Positions 40,217 to 50,088 of a stretch of 64,000 nucleotides of DNA are shown one piece after another (within the stretch, counting starts at the first letter, position 1; each line of letters begins with the position of its first letter). The notes beneath the pieces were generated by a model. It was given only the letters and a program-made list of their open reading frames with translations, was not told where the DNA came from and did not search any database. The stretch is from the NCBI GenBank assembly GCA_965221165.1, contig CBDCRP010000002.1, forward strand, positions 192,001 through 256,000. The letters run 5' to 3'. The position numbers were made by a program, and so were the translations under genes. This stretch comes from a bacterium. GTDB taxonomy: Bacteria > UBA8248.

Positions 40217-41641
40217 CTAGAACGGCGTTTCTTCTCCCTCCGGGTAGCCGGGTTCGGCATATTCCGAGGATACAGTCGCGCCCTCATGGTATGCGTCCAG
40301 GTTCACGAACCGCGCATAGTCCGGGAAAAATTTGAGGTCCAGTTCCCCGGTCGGCCCGTTGCGCTGCTTGGCGAGTATGACGGTTGCAAGACCCTTGTTT
40401 TCAGGCTTTGGGTCGTAATACTCCTCACGGTACAGCATGGCCACGACATCCGCATCCTGTTCTATCGAGCCGGACTCACGCAAATCGGCCAAGTTGGGGC
40501 GCTTGCCCTCTCTGGATTCCACCGCCCTCGATAGCTGGCTGAGGGCCACGACCGGAACATCGAGTTCTTTCGCCAGGCTTTTCAGTCCCCGGGATATCTC
40601 ACTGATCTCCCGCTGGCGATTCTCCATCGAACGGCCCCTATGGTGCACGAGTTGGAGATAATCGACCACCACGAGGCCGAGGCCTTGATCCGCCTGAATG
40701 CGACGACATTTCGCCCGGATGTCGAACACGGATAAATCCGTCGCATCGTCCACATAAATGGAAGCGTCCGAGAGTTCGCCCGCGCTCCGAATCAAATCCG
40801 GCCATTTTTGAGAAGGCATATAGCCGCTCTGAAGCTGCCTGGAATTCACCATGGCGCGTCCGCACATCATGCGAATTGCCAATGCGCGCGCACTCATCTC
40901 GATGCTGAATATCGCCGTGGCTGTTTTTGAGGACAACGCGGCGTATTCAGCGATGCACAGAGCGAACGCCGTCTTGCCCATGCTGGGACGACCGGCGATG
41001 ATGACCAACTCCCCGGGCTGTAAGCCACTCGTCAATTTATCCAGGTCCGAGAATCCCGTAGGCACTCCGGTGACCAACTCCTTGCGATCGTAAAGTTCCT
41101 CCAGGTAGGGAAACGTATGCTTAATGATGTCCCGCATTCCCTCGACGCTTTTCTGGTAACGGCCTGAGGAGACCTCCAGCATAGCGCGCTCGGCATCGTC
41201 CACGAGGGTATCGATATCCTCCTCGCCCACGAATGCTCTCTGCGCGATGGCGTTCGACGTGTGGATCAATTCCCTGAGTATTGCCATGTTCCTGATGAGT
41301 TTCGCATAGGTCTCGGCACGCCTGGCGCTGGAGACATCGTCCGCCAAACGCGCGATATATTCGGGCCCGCCCGCGGTATCGAGCGTTCCTGCCTTTTTCA
41401 GGACATCGGCCAGGGTAAGGAGGTCGATGGGCTCTGATTGCTCGAAAAGCCGGAGCATGCCCTCGTAAATCACACGATGGCTCATGCGGTAGAAATGCTC
41501 CGGCCGCAACACCTCCATGACGGGCGGAACCATCGCGCCATCGAGCAGTAAAGCTCCCAGAACGCGCTGCTCGGCTTCTATGTTTTGTGGGGGAAGGTGG
41601 CCCGGCTGCCCGGACCGCTCGTCACGAGCGGGCATTTCCAC
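40217..41641 (-). CDS. dnaB: Replicative DNA helicase
   Basis: PPQNIEAEQ, GRPSMGKT, VDYLQL, SQLSR, LRESGSIEQDAD and KQRNGPTG. Confidence 0.97.
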   Translation of the reverse strand: MEMPARDERSGQPGHLPPQNIEAEQRVLGALLLDGAMVPPVMEVLRPEHFYRMSHRVIYEGMLRLFEQSEPIDLLTLADVLKKAGTLDTAGGPEYIARLADDVSSARRAETYAKLIRNMAILRELIHTSNAIAQRAFVGEEDIDTLVDDAERAMLEVSSGRYQKSVEGMRDIIKHTFPYLEELYDRKELVTGVPTGFSDLDKLTSGLQPGELVIIAGRPSMGKTAFALCIAEYAALSSKTATAIFSIEMSARALAIRMMCGRAMVNSRQLQSGYMPSQKWPDLIRSAGELSDASIYVDDATDLSVFDIRAKCRRIQADQGLGLVVVDYLQLVHHRGRSMENRQREISEISRGLKSLAKELDVPVVALSQLSRAVESREGKRPNLADLRESGSIEQDADVVAMLYREEYYDPKPENKGLATVILAKQRNGPTGELDLKFFPDYARFVNLDAYHEGATVSSEYAEPGYPEGEETPF

Positions 41642-41747
41642 TTCCAGACTCCAAAGGTTACAAAGTGGAAAGAACGGGCGTGGTCATTAGATTACATCAG
41701 ATGGAGCCAAGATCAAAATACCAGAAAACGTGATTTCCAAATCCAGG

Positions 41748-41774
41748 AAAGAAAAGGGGCGGAGACATCCGCCC
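41748..41774 (-). terminator. Probable intrinsic terminator after rplI
   Basis: Stem GGGCGGA/TCCGCCC with a 4-nt loop, followed on the minus strand by CTTTTCTTT. Confidence 0.6.
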
Positions 41775-41844
41775 GCCTCTTCTATCTATCTGATATAGCG
41801 AGTATTACCACTACGCGCCAGGAATCGACCGAGTATGCGAATCG

Positions 41845-42471
41845 CTATTCGGGGTTCTCTTTTTCGCCTTCGGCGCCGGGGTTCTCATCCGGCTCATCCT
41901 CTGCGACGGCATCGGTTGCCTCTGTTGCCGTTTCTGCTTCTGCCGGAACTTCATCCGCAGCCTCTTCGGCCTCTTCCGCCTTGAGCGCAGCCGCTTCTTC
42001 AGCTTCAGCCTGAGCCTCCAGCGATGCTTCATCAGGCGCCACTTTTACCTGAACAGACGCCCTCACCTCTTGATGCAGCCTGATGGCGACGTCATAAGTT
42101 CCCACCTTTTTGATCGGCTCGTCCAAAAGAATTTTCCTTCGGTCCACCGAGAGGCCCTTTTCCTTCAAGGCATCCTCGATCATCCGATTGGTCACCGAGC
42201 CGAACAGCCTGCCGTCTGCACCGACACGCATCGAGAACTCGACGTCGACCCCTGAGAATTCGCCCGCAAAATCCTGCGCGCCCCGTTTCGCCGCATGGAT
42301 TTGCGCCTCCCGCAACCGCTGCTCGTGCTGCGTCGCGCGCACCGTGCTCGCCGTAGCATGCAGGGCCAGACCCTTCGGGATGAGAAAGTTGAGTCCATAG
42401 CCATCGGCTACTTCGACGACATCTCCCACTTCTCCGAGATGCTCTACATCCTTACGCAATATCAAGCGCAT
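41845..42471 (-). CDS. rplI: 50S ribosomal protein L9 with long acidic C-terminal tail
   Basis: LGEVGDVVEVADGYGLNFLIPKGLA, GRLFGSVT and IKKVG.Y.V.I.LH. Confidence 0.96.
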   Translation of the reverse strand: MRLILRKDVEHLGEVGDVVEVADGYGLNFLIPKGLALHATASTVRATQHEQRLREAQIHAAKRGAQDFAGEFSGVDVEFSMRVGADGRLFGSVTNRMIEDALKEKGLSVDRRKILLDEPIKKVGTYDVAIRLHQEVRASVQVKVAPDEASLEAQAEAEEAAALKAEEAEEAADEVPAEAETATEATDAVAEDEPDENPGAEGEKENPE

Positions 42472-42488
42472 CGTTCGATATCTCCGAC

Positions 42489-42758
42489 TTATGAATGGTC
42501 TACAGTGTAGGGCATCAACGCCATATAGCGCGCGCGCTTAATCGCCGCCGTCAACTGCCGCTGAAAGCGGGCAGACGTGCCGGTCACGCGGCGGGGAATG
42601 ATTTTTCCCCGCTCACTCACCATGTTTCGAAGTGTTTTGACGTCCTTGTAGTCGATGTAAGCCACACCATCCGCCGTGAAGCGGCATATTTTCTTGCGTT
42701 GAAAACGCTTTTTTTTCCTTTTTCTCTTATCGCCAAATCCGCGAGGAACAAGCGCCAT
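42489..42758 (-). CDS. rpsR: 30S ribosomal protein S18
   Basis: [18 protein letters not shown] and [13 protein letters not shown]. Confidence 0.97.
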   Translation of the reverse strand: MALVPRGFGDKRKRKKKRFQRKKICRFTADGVAYIDYKDVKTLRNMVSERGKIIPRRVTGTSARFQRQLTAAIKRARYMALMPYTVDHS

Positions 42759-42792
42759 GTCTATCTCCTAAACTGACAAGCAAATTTTGGTC

Positions 42793-43215
42793 TCAAAATG
42801 GTATGTCGTCGTCCATCATGGGTGAGTCCTGGGGCGGCGGCGCGTAAGACTCCGCTCTTCCCGACCCGCCTCCTCCCGTCGTCTCGTCTCGGCGGGAGAT
42901 GAAATGAATGTTATTCGCCACAACCTCATGCTTGCTTCGCCTCGAGCCATCCTGGGCTTCCCATGAGCGGAAACTCAAACGACCTTCCACAACGAGCGGG
43001 CTGCCCTTTCCCGCCTGCTCCATCACCCAATCGCCTTGCCGTCCAAAGACAACCACGTCCACGAAGCATGTATCTTCTTTCCAATCATCTCCACTGCGAT
43101 ACCGCCGATTGACCGCGAAACCGAAAGAAACCACGGAATTGCCGGAGGGCAAAAACCGCTTTTCAGGATCGCGCGTCATGTTGCCACGAAGATAAACGGA
43201 ATTCATTTGGGCCAT
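42793..43215 (-). CDS. ssb: Single-stranded DNA-binding protein
   Basis: N.V.L.GNMTRDPE, VEGRL and C-terminal DDDIPF. ATG at 43215. Confidence 0.96.
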   Translation of the reverse strand: MAQMNSVYLRGNMTRDPEKRFLPSGNSVVSFGFAVNRRYRSGDDWKEDTCFVDVVVFGRQGDWVMEQAGKGSPLVVEGRLSFRSWEAQDGSRRSKHEVVANNIHFISRRDETTGGGGSGRAESYAPPPQDSPMMDDDIPF

Positions 43216-43225
43216 AACGATATCC

Positions 43226-43642
43226 CTACGATTTAGGAGCACGCGACGAGGCGGACTCGGATCGCCTCGGAGAATCACCGTCTCTACCTTCCGAAGCCCC
43301 CTCTCTTTCCCTGGCGGCCGCGCTTTTTGCGTTTTTCTCCAGCTTTCTCAGGAGGGCTTCGTCTATTCGCACCGTCATATAGCGCCACGTCTCTTCATCG
43401 ATGCGCATATCGCGCTCGATATCCGTGACGACCCCTGGTTCTGAATGATAGCTGACGATGAAATAGATGCCGTGACGCTGGCGGTTGATTGGGTAGGCGA
43501 GGCGCTTCTTGCCCCATCGATCCACGTTCAATACTTCTCCGCCCCCTTCCGTCACCTTCTTCTCGAAACCGGAAATTTTCTCTTCCACGGTTTCTTCGGT
43601 GAGTTCCGGGGACAACAAAACCATTGTTTCGTACTGTCTCAT
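43226..43642 (-). CDS. rpsF: 30S ribosomal protein S6
   Basis: MRQYETMV and WGKKRLAYPI. Confidence 0.96.
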   Translation of the reverse strand: MRQYETMVLLSPELTEETVEEKISGFEKKVTEGGGEVLNVDRWGKKRLAYPINRQRHGIYFIVSYHSEPGVVTDIERDMRIDEETWRYMTVRIDEALLRKLEKNAKSAAAREREGASEGRDGDSPRRSESASSRAPKS

Positions 43643-43647
43643 CTAGT

Positions 43648-43695
43648 CCTCCTCCCGGACTGAGCGGCCCCGGCCTTGCCGACCGGAGCGAGGAG
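43648..43695 (-). promoter_or_regulatory. S6:S18-type ribosomal protein autoregulatory leader
   Basis: Minus strand CTCCTC GCTCCGGTC GGCAA GGCCGGGGC CGCTCAGTCCGG GAGGAGG. Anti-SD pairs with the SD, enclosing an inner hairpin with an adjacent CCG, as in described rpsF leaders. Confidence 0.65.
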
Positions 43696-43793
43696 CCAAT
43701 AATGGCCGAAGGTTAGCACACATGCCCCCGGCGGGCCATAGCGTCTCCAAAAGGTGCTGAAAATTCTACTTTGCTCCCAACAACCCGCTTTCG

Positions 43794-45791
43794 CTAGAAA
43801 AGCGGCGCCAATACGAGAGAGACGATGGACATCAACTTAATCAGGATGTTCATCGATGGACCCGAAGTATCCTTCATCGGGTCTCCCACCGTATCGCCCA
43901 CGACCGCGGCCTTATGGGCTTCGGAGCCCTTGCCGCCGAGCTTGCCGTCTTCTATCTCTTTTTTCGCGTTATCCCAGGCTCCGCCGGCATTCGCCATCAG
44001 CAAAGCGACGAGAACACCCGAGAGCAAGGCGCCTGCGAGCATTCCGCCCAGGGCCTCTTTGCCCATGAGATAACCCACCACGATGGGGGCGACGACGGCC
44101 GTAATGCCCGGGAGTACCATTTCCCTGAGAGCGGCCTGGGTGCTGATATCGATGCAGCGCGCGCTGTCGGGGTCTGCGGTGCCCTCCATGATGCCGGGAA
44201 TCTCGCGGAACTGCCGCCTGATTTCCTGAATCATGATGAACGCGGCCTTGCCGACGGATTTCATGGTGAGCGCGCCGATCAGGAACGGGATCGCGCCGCC
44301 GATGAACATGCCGGCCACCACCTTCGCCTCCGTGAGATTGATCTGCTGCAGATCGGCCGCTTTCGTGTACGCGGCGTAAAAAGCCAGAGCCGTCAGGGCG
44401 GCGGAGCCGATCGCGAATCCCTTGCCCATGGCCGCCGTGGTATTCCCCAGCGCGTCCAGGCCATCCGTAATCTTTCGCGTCTCCGGCCCCAACTCGCTCA
44501 TTTCCGTGATTCCGCCCGCGTTATCGGCAATCGGACCATAGGCATCGACCGACATCGTGATGCCAATCGTCGCCAACATTCCCACGGCGGCGATGGATAT
44601 GCCGTAGAGACCCGCCCAAGCATTCGAAACCAGGGTAACCATCGCCAATACGATCAAGGGAGCGCACACGCTCTCTAAACCTATCGCAAAGCCGCTAATG
44701 ATATTTGTCGCCACCCCGGTCTCGGACGCGGCGACGATTTCGCCAACGGGCTTTCCGCCCGTTCCGGTGTAATACTCGGTCAGCCAGCCAATCAAAACGC
44801 CGCCGCCCGCGCCGAAGAGAACGGAGCCGAACACGCCGGTCTTCAGCCCCAGGGCGTTCGTGATGAAATAAGCCAGGATGATGAATATGACCGTTGCGAT
44901 TCCGGTGGCGCTTCTGAGCGCGACAGCCGGGTTTTTCGAGGCCAGCACCTTCATCGAGGCGATGCCGACCGAAGAAGCCATCAGACCCATCATGGCCAAG
45001 AGCAGGGGCAACGCCATCGCCGCCGAGCTGTTGGCCCCCAGTACCGTGCCTACGGTGGAGCCGATGAATATCGTCGAAATGATGGCGCCGACGTAAGACT
45101 CGAACAGATCGGCTCCCATCCCGGCTACGTCGCCCACGCAATCTCCTACGTTGTCGGCGATTACGGCGGGGTTTCTCGGGTCGTCCTCGGGGATGTTCGC
45201 CTCCACCTTACCGACGAGGTCCGCGCCCACGTCGGCGGTTTTGGTGAAAATGCCGCCGCCCACACGCGCGAACAGCGCGATGGAGCTGGCGCCCATGGAG
45301 AAACCGTTGATAACAGTTACGTTACCGGGATCCTTGAGTACGTCGAAATACCAGAACAACACGCCCACGCCCAAAAGCCCCAGGCTCGCGACGGAAAGAC
45401 CCATGACGGTTCCGCCGAAGAAAGCCATGGAGAGAGCTCCCGCCTGACCACCGCCCGAATTCGCGGCCGCCGCCGTTCTCACGTTCGCTTTCGTGGCCGC
45501 GTTCATACCGAAAAAACCGGCGAGAACCGAACAGATGGCGCCGACGATGAACGCCGCGCCCGTTTTCGGGGATATGGCGACGCTCAAGAGAATGAAGACG
45601 ACCACGACGAAAATCGCAAGAATCTTGTATTCCCTTTTCAAGAACACCATTGCGCCGTCATGAATCTGTCCGGCGAGTTTGCGCATCAAATCATTGCCGT
45701 CGGATTGTTTTGAAATCCACCTATAAATCGCCGCCGCCAGAACCAACCCCGCAATCCCGAAGATTGCGGCCATGTTTGAGAAAGCAACCAT
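43794..45791 (-). CDS. hppA: Membrane-integral cation-translocating pyrophosphatase (K+-dependent, probably Na+-pumping)
   Basis: [53 protein letters not shown] and GDTVGDP.KDTSGPS. Confidence 0.93.
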   Translation of the reverse strand: MVAFSNMAAIFGIAGLVLAAAIYRWISKQSDGNDLMRKLAGQIHDGAMVFLKREYKILAIFVVVVFILLSVAISPKTGAAFIVGAICSVLAGFFGMNAATKANVRTAAAANSGGGQAGALSMAFFGGTVMGLSVASLGLLGVGVLFWYFDVLKDPGNVTVINGFSMGASSIALFARVGGGIFTKTADVGADLVGKVEANIPEDDPRNPAVIADNVGDCVGDVAGMGADLFESYVGAIISTIFIGSTVGTVLGANSSAAMALPLLLAMMGLMASSVGIASMKVLASKNPAVALRSATGIATVIFIILAYFITNALGLKTGVFGSVLFGAGGGVLIGWLTEYYTGTGGKPVGEIVAASETGVATNIISGFAIGLESVCAPLIVLAMVTLVSNAWAGLYGISIAAVGMLATIGITMSVDAYGPIADNAGGITEMSELGPETRKITDGLDALGNTTAAMGKGFAIGSAALTALAFYAAYTKAADLQQINLTEAKVVAGMFIGGAIPFLIGALTMKSVGKAAFIMIQEIRRQFREIPGIMEGTADPDSARCIDISTQAALREMVLPGITAVVAPIVVGYLMGKEALGGMLAGALLSGVLVALLMANAGGAWDNAKKEIEDGKLGGKGSEAHKAAVVGDTVGDPMKDTSGPSMNILIKLMSIVSLVLAPLF

Positions 45792-45888
45792 TATCTCCCC
45801 TTCCTCCTCCGAATGGGCCTAGTGAGCCTGTTTATGCGAGAGGTATTTGGACGGTTATTTTTCTAATGCCAAAATTTGCAAAACAAAT

Positions 45889-46434
45889 TCAGGACCTGCC
45901 GCCGACAACAAAATCAGACGCACGTTGCACCGCCTCATCGACTGCGGGCTCCACCGCTTCCAATTCACTATCCAGGAAAGAACCCAACAACCAATCCACG
46001 CCGTCTATTCTCTTCGGCGGCCTACCCACGCCGATGCGCAAGCGAGAAAACAAATCCGTACCCAATGAGTGGATGATGCTGCCGATGCCATGATGACCCG
46101 CGTCTCCACCCGATTTCTTGAACTGCACACGACCAAGTTCGATATCCATATCGTCGTGCACTACAAGCAAATCTTTAGGTTCCAAGCCTTCCCCAAGCAG
46201 GAGGGCTCTCACGGCCTTGCCGCTTAGATTCATAAATGTTTGGGGCTTCGCGAGTATGAATTTCCACCCTCGCAACGAGCCATTGCCCACAACGGAATGG
46301 TGCTTCGAACCGCTCATCGATACGCGATGGGCGCGGGCCATTCTATCCACCGCCCAGAATCCCAGATTGTGCCTCGTCAACGCATACTCTGTTCCAGGGT
46401 TACCGAGACCAACGATCAAGACAGCAGCAGCCAT
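45889..46434 (-). CDS. pth: Peptidyl-tRNA hydrolase
   Basis: GLGNPG..Y..TRHN.G, KPQTFMNLSG, HDDMD and RLRIGVGRP. Confidence 0.96.
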   Translation of the reverse strand: MAAAVLIVGLGNPGTEYALTRHNLGFWAVDRMARAHRVSMSGSKHHSVVGNGSLRGWKFILAKPQTFMNLSGKAVRALLLGEGLEPKDLLVVHDDMDIELGRVQFKKSGGDAGHHGIGSIIHSLGTDLFSRLRIGVGRPPKRIDGVDWLLGSFLDSELEAVEPAVDEAVQRASDFVVGGRS

Positions 46435-46476
46435 CCGCTCCCCAGTTTTCTCTTTTCCGGCTTCCTACGAGGACCC

Positions 46477-47154
46477 TCAGTCGGAAGATTCGGCCGGTTT
46501 GTCTCCTTCATCCTCCGCAGTCCCGGAATCCGGCGCATCTTCTCCTTCCGCCCCCGCTTCGAGGAATTCATCCTCGACTTCTTCCTCTTCCTCTTCGACA
46601 GGCGCCATGACCGTCACGACAGGCTCATCGGGATCAGCGACCAAATCAACCTCTTCGGGAAGCTGCAAATCACGCACGTGGATCACATCGCCAATATCAA
46701 TGCCCGAGATATCGACCTCCACTTGCTCGGGAATGGCGTTCGGCAGACACTCGATATCCAATTCGCGCAACAATTGAGAGAGCGTCCCGCCCATTTTCTC
46801 TCCGGGGGACTCACCCTCCAGGGAGAGGGGTACGGAGATCTGAATCTTCTCATCCATCCGAATTTCCAGAAAATCCGCATGAACAATCGCATCCATCATC
46901 GGGTCGCGCTGGAGTTCTTTCACGATAACCGGACGCTCCGACCTGGATTCGCCCTCGACATTGAGCTGGAAAACGACGTTGCTGCCGGCTCCCGTGCCGA
47001 GCAAAGTCTCCAGTTCCTTTGGTTTAATGCTCAAAGGCGTAGAATCTTTTATGCCATACACGACGCCTGGTATATTTCCGGCTCTCCTCACCGCACGGGC
47101 GCCGCGCTTCCCCGTTTGCGTTCTTACATCGACCGAGAGAGATAAATTTTCCAT
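46477..47154 (-). CDS. rplY: 50S ribosomal protein L25/Ctc
   Basis: GNIPGVVYG, HADF, C-terminal beta domain (IGDVIHVRDL) and an acidic tail. Confidence 0.95.
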   Translation of the reverse strand: MENLSLSVDVRTQTGKRGARAVRRAGNIPGVVYGIKDSTPLSIKPKELETLLGTGAGSNVVFQLNVEGESRSERPVIVKELQRDPMMDAIVHADFLEIRMDEKIQISVPLSLEGESPGEKMGGTLSQLLRELDIECLPNAIPEQVEVDISGIDIGDVIHVRDLQLPEEVDLVADPDEPVVTVMAPVEEEEEEVEDEFLEAGAEGEDAPDSGTAEDEGDKPAESSD

Positions 47155-47187
47155 TTTTTACTCCAGATATATCGCCGACCAGAATAG

Positions 47188-48132
47188 TTATTCAAACAAA
47201 CTGCTGACGGACGCGTTCTCGTGAATTCGGCGAATCGCTTCAGCCAAAAGCATCCCCACCTCCAGGACTTTAATGCGAGAGCAACTCTTCGCTTTCTCCG
47301 AAAGTGGTATCGAATTGGTTACGACAAATTCGACGATGCCCGAATTCTCGATTCTCTCCACCGCCGGACCCGACAAGACCGCATGCGTACAACATGCGTG
47401 CACTTGCCGCGCTCCGGCTTTCATGAGCGCCTCGGCGCCCTGGCTTATGGTGCCCGCCGTATCGCAAAGATCATCCACGACCAGAACGTCGCATCCCTTG
47501 ACGTCACCGATAATGTTCATCACTTCCGATTCGTTCCCCCGCTCCCGCCGCTTGTCGATAATCCCAAGCCCCGCGTTCACCCTCCTCGCATAGGCCCGGG
47601 CTCTCTCGACGCCCCCGGCGTCGGGTGAAACGACAACCAGATCCTTGAGATCCTTCTTCTTGAAATACTCTACCATGATAGGCACCGAATACAGATGGTC
47701 CACGGGAATATCGAAAAAACCCTGTATCTGGCCCGCATGCAAATCCATGGTGATGACGCGGTCCGCACCCGAGGCGGCCAGCAGGTTGGCGACGAGCTTC
47801 GCCGTAATCGGCACTCGAGGCTGCACCTTCCGGTCCTGGCGGGCGTATGCGAAATAGGGAATTACTGCGGTAATACGCTCGGCCGATGAGCGCCTGAACG
47901 CATCGAGCATGATGAGCATTTCCATCAGGTTCGCATTCCCCGGGGTGCACAAACTCTGCACGGCGAACACATCCGCCCCCCGGATGTTTTCCTGTATGCG
48001 GACAAATGTTTCACCATCGCTGAAATCAATGATTTCAATCTCTCCGGGTTGAATGCCCAAAGCTGTAAAAATGCTCTGGTTCAGCCCCGGATTCGAGCGT
48101 CCGCCGAATACCTTTAACTGATGTCCCGTCAC
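47188..48132 (-). CDS. prs: Ribose-phosphate pyrophosphokinase
   Basis: [32 protein letters not shown] and [10 protein letters not shown]. Confidence 0.97.
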   Translation of the reverse strand: MTGHQLKVFGGRSNPGLNQSIFTALGIQPGEIEIIDFSDGETFVRIQENIRGADVFAVQSLCTPGNANLMEMLIMLDAFRRSSAERITAVIPYFAYARQDRKVQPRVPITAKLVANLLAASGADRVITMDLHAGQIQGFFDIPVDHLYSVPIMVEYFKKKDLKDLVVVSPDAGGVERARAYARRVNAGLGIIDKRRERGNESEVMNIIGDVKGCDVLVVDDLCDTAGTISQGAEALMKAGARQVHACCTHAVLSGPAVERIENSGIVEFVVTNSIPLSEKAKSCSRIKVLEVGMLLAEAIRRIHENASVSSLFE

Positions 48133-48275
48133 CGTTCCTACCCATTATACTATTGGTAATTCAACCACAAAGAGCGATTTTGATACTTGATTTTCCGGGC
48201 GGAGGCAAGTGGTGGGAGGAGAAATTCTCTCTATTTCCCGTTTTTTTGCGAATTTTACCTCATTTTTCGGTTTTT

Positions 48276-49187
48276 TTACTTAAAACACATCTCCTGGAGC
48301 GGGGTGGCCACGAAGCATTCGCATCTTTTTCCCTCCTCGCTCTTCTTGATGCCGATTGCCGCCCGCCGGGCTTCTCCCTTTCGGCGAAAAAAACCGAAAA
48401 TCGTCGAACCGCTCCCACTCATCATGGCCCTTTTGGCGCCGTGGCGAACGAGCATTCCGCACAGGTTCTCCAGATCGGGATATTTCGGGAAAACGACTTC
48501 CTGCAAGTCATTGCCATATTCATACCGCCCAAGGCGCGCCGGGTCTTTCCCTTTCTCGAAAACGCACCCCTCCCGGTCGAGCTCCCCACGAGACCAGGCG
48601 TAGACATCCTGCGTGGATAGCGCTACGGGCGGCTTGACCAGCAAGAACCAACCACTCCTCAAAGTTTCTTTCGCCTCGACCCGCTCGCCCCGCCCCCGGC
48701 AGACCGCCGCCGGTCCGCCGAGAAAAAACGGAACATCCGAACCTATGCGCGCGGCCACCTCCGCCAACTCCGCCTTGCGCATCCCGAGTTTCCACACCCG
48801 GTTCAACGCCCAAAGCGCTCCCGCCGCATTGCCGCTACCCCCGCCCAGACCTGCGCCCGCAGGAATGTTCTTCTTCAAATAGATGCGCGCGCCGAGCGCT
48901 TTTCTCCCCGACGCCTCCCGCAAGGCGCTCGCGGCGCGATGCACGATATTCTCCCTGCCACCCGGAACGTCACCTCGATCCGCATACACGAGAATCCTCT
49001 TTCCGCTCGGCTCGATGCGAATCTCGTCATACAGAGATATCTGCTGCATCCATGTAACGACTTCGTGGTAGCCATCGGCGCGCAGACCCAGAATCTTCAA
49101 GCACAAGTTGAGCTTCGCAGGCGTCCTGAAAACCACGGATTCGGGAATATCTTCGCCGTTCATGAAACGCGCTACCCTCCCAGCCAT
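48276..49187 (-). CDS. ispE: 4-diphosphocytidyl-2-C-methyl-D-erythritol kinase
   Basis: PAKLNL.L, KNIPAGAGLGGGSGNAA, GSDVPFF and MSGSGST. Start uncertain. Confidence 0.93.
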   Translation of the reverse strand: MAGRVARFMNGEDIPESVVFRTPAKLNLCLKILGLRADGYHEVVTWMQQISLYDEIRIEPSGKRILVYADRGDVPGGRENIVHRAASALREASGRKALGARIYLKKNIPAGAGLGGGSGNAAGALWALNRVWKLGMRKAELAEVAARIGSDVPFFLGGPAAVCRGRGERVEAKETLRSGWFLLVKPPVALSTQDVYAWSRGELDREGCVFEKGKDPARLGRYEYGNDLQEVVFPKYPDLENLCGMLVRHGAKRAMMSGSGSTIFGFFRRKGEARRAAIGIKKSEEGKRCECFVATPLQEMCFK

Positions 49188-50002
49188 AGCGTCTTGGCGC
49201 CCCGAGGAGGCTCCAAGCGAAACAATTCGTCCGGAAGTACGGCGTTCACCGCTCCCTCATCGGCGGAATACGAGATATGGAGCCGATTCTTCCCCTCCGG
49301 TCCGAGTATCTCCACATGCGAGGGACGCCACACTCCCCCGGCCTTGGAAAACACGCCATAGCCAACCACAATCGCGCCACGCCGCGTGCGAATCTCCATT
49401 TTCAGTGGATGCAAAGCCTGAGGCTCCAATTCGACGGAACCCGAAACCGCCTCTCCGGTTCCTCGCTTCGTCTCGAGCAGATAGGCGGAACCCGATTTTT
49501 GTAAATCAAGATTTTCCTCACCCCCCAGCACGGTCGCCCAATCTCCCAGCAACAGCCTTACGAAAATTCCGCTGTTCAGCGGGATGCCCAGAATCCGCCC
49601 GATTCCCCGCCTGTTCGTCCTGCCCATGTACATGGCGTTGCGCGAGGGGGAATAGGCGCGAAACCAGCCGCCTTGCGCGACAACGACCACCAGAGACGTC
49701 CCGAACGGCGAGAGAGGTTCGAGCCGCAGCGAGTCCGGCGCACGCAGGACCATCACCGCCTGGCCGGAAAACGACCCCTCGGGAACCAGAGGATTCGCGA
49801 GTCTCGTTTTCGCCCGGGCGTCGTGAAACCGCAACTGCATGAATGCGATGCCCCGATATGCGTGGGGGTATCGTCTCTGCCTTAGTTTGGCGAGTATTTC
49901 CGCCCTTGACAGGTCGCGCGGCGGAACCTTCCCTACTTGCCGGCCCAGGCAACCGGCCATGCCGAGACATAAGAACACTACAAAAAGGCGCAAGGCTCGC
50001 AA
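49172..50002 (-). CDS. LolB-like outer-membrane lipoprotein
   Basis: Lipobox MAGC and a PDSLRLE.LSPFG pattern typical of the LolA/LolB fold. It occupies the lolB position upstream of ispE. Confidence 0.6.
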   Translation of the reverse strand: MRALRLFVVFLCLGMAGCLGRQVGKVPPRDLSRAEILAKLRQRRYPHAYRGIAFMQLRFHDARAKTRLANPLVPEGSFSGQAVMVLRAPDSLRLEPLSPFGTSLVVVVAQGGWFRAYSPSRNAMYMGRTNRRGIGRILGIPLNSGIFVRLLLGDWATVLGGEENLDLQKSGSAYLLETKRGTGEAVSGSVELEPQALHPLKMEIRTRRGAIVVGYGVFSKAGGVWRPSHVEILGPEGKNRLHISYSADEGAVNAVLPDELFRLEPPRGAKTLWLGG

Positions 50003-50088
50003 AAATCAAACATCCCTGGAGAGAGGAATCAAGAAAATCCTGAAAGGAACCAACGGACGCGGCCAAATGGTCAAAGAATCAAATATCC

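Noticed and set aside
45792-45888. Sodium-sensing riboswitch upstream of hppA
   Set aside because: Only a weak hairpin is visible and I could not match a consensus. An Infernal search would be needed.
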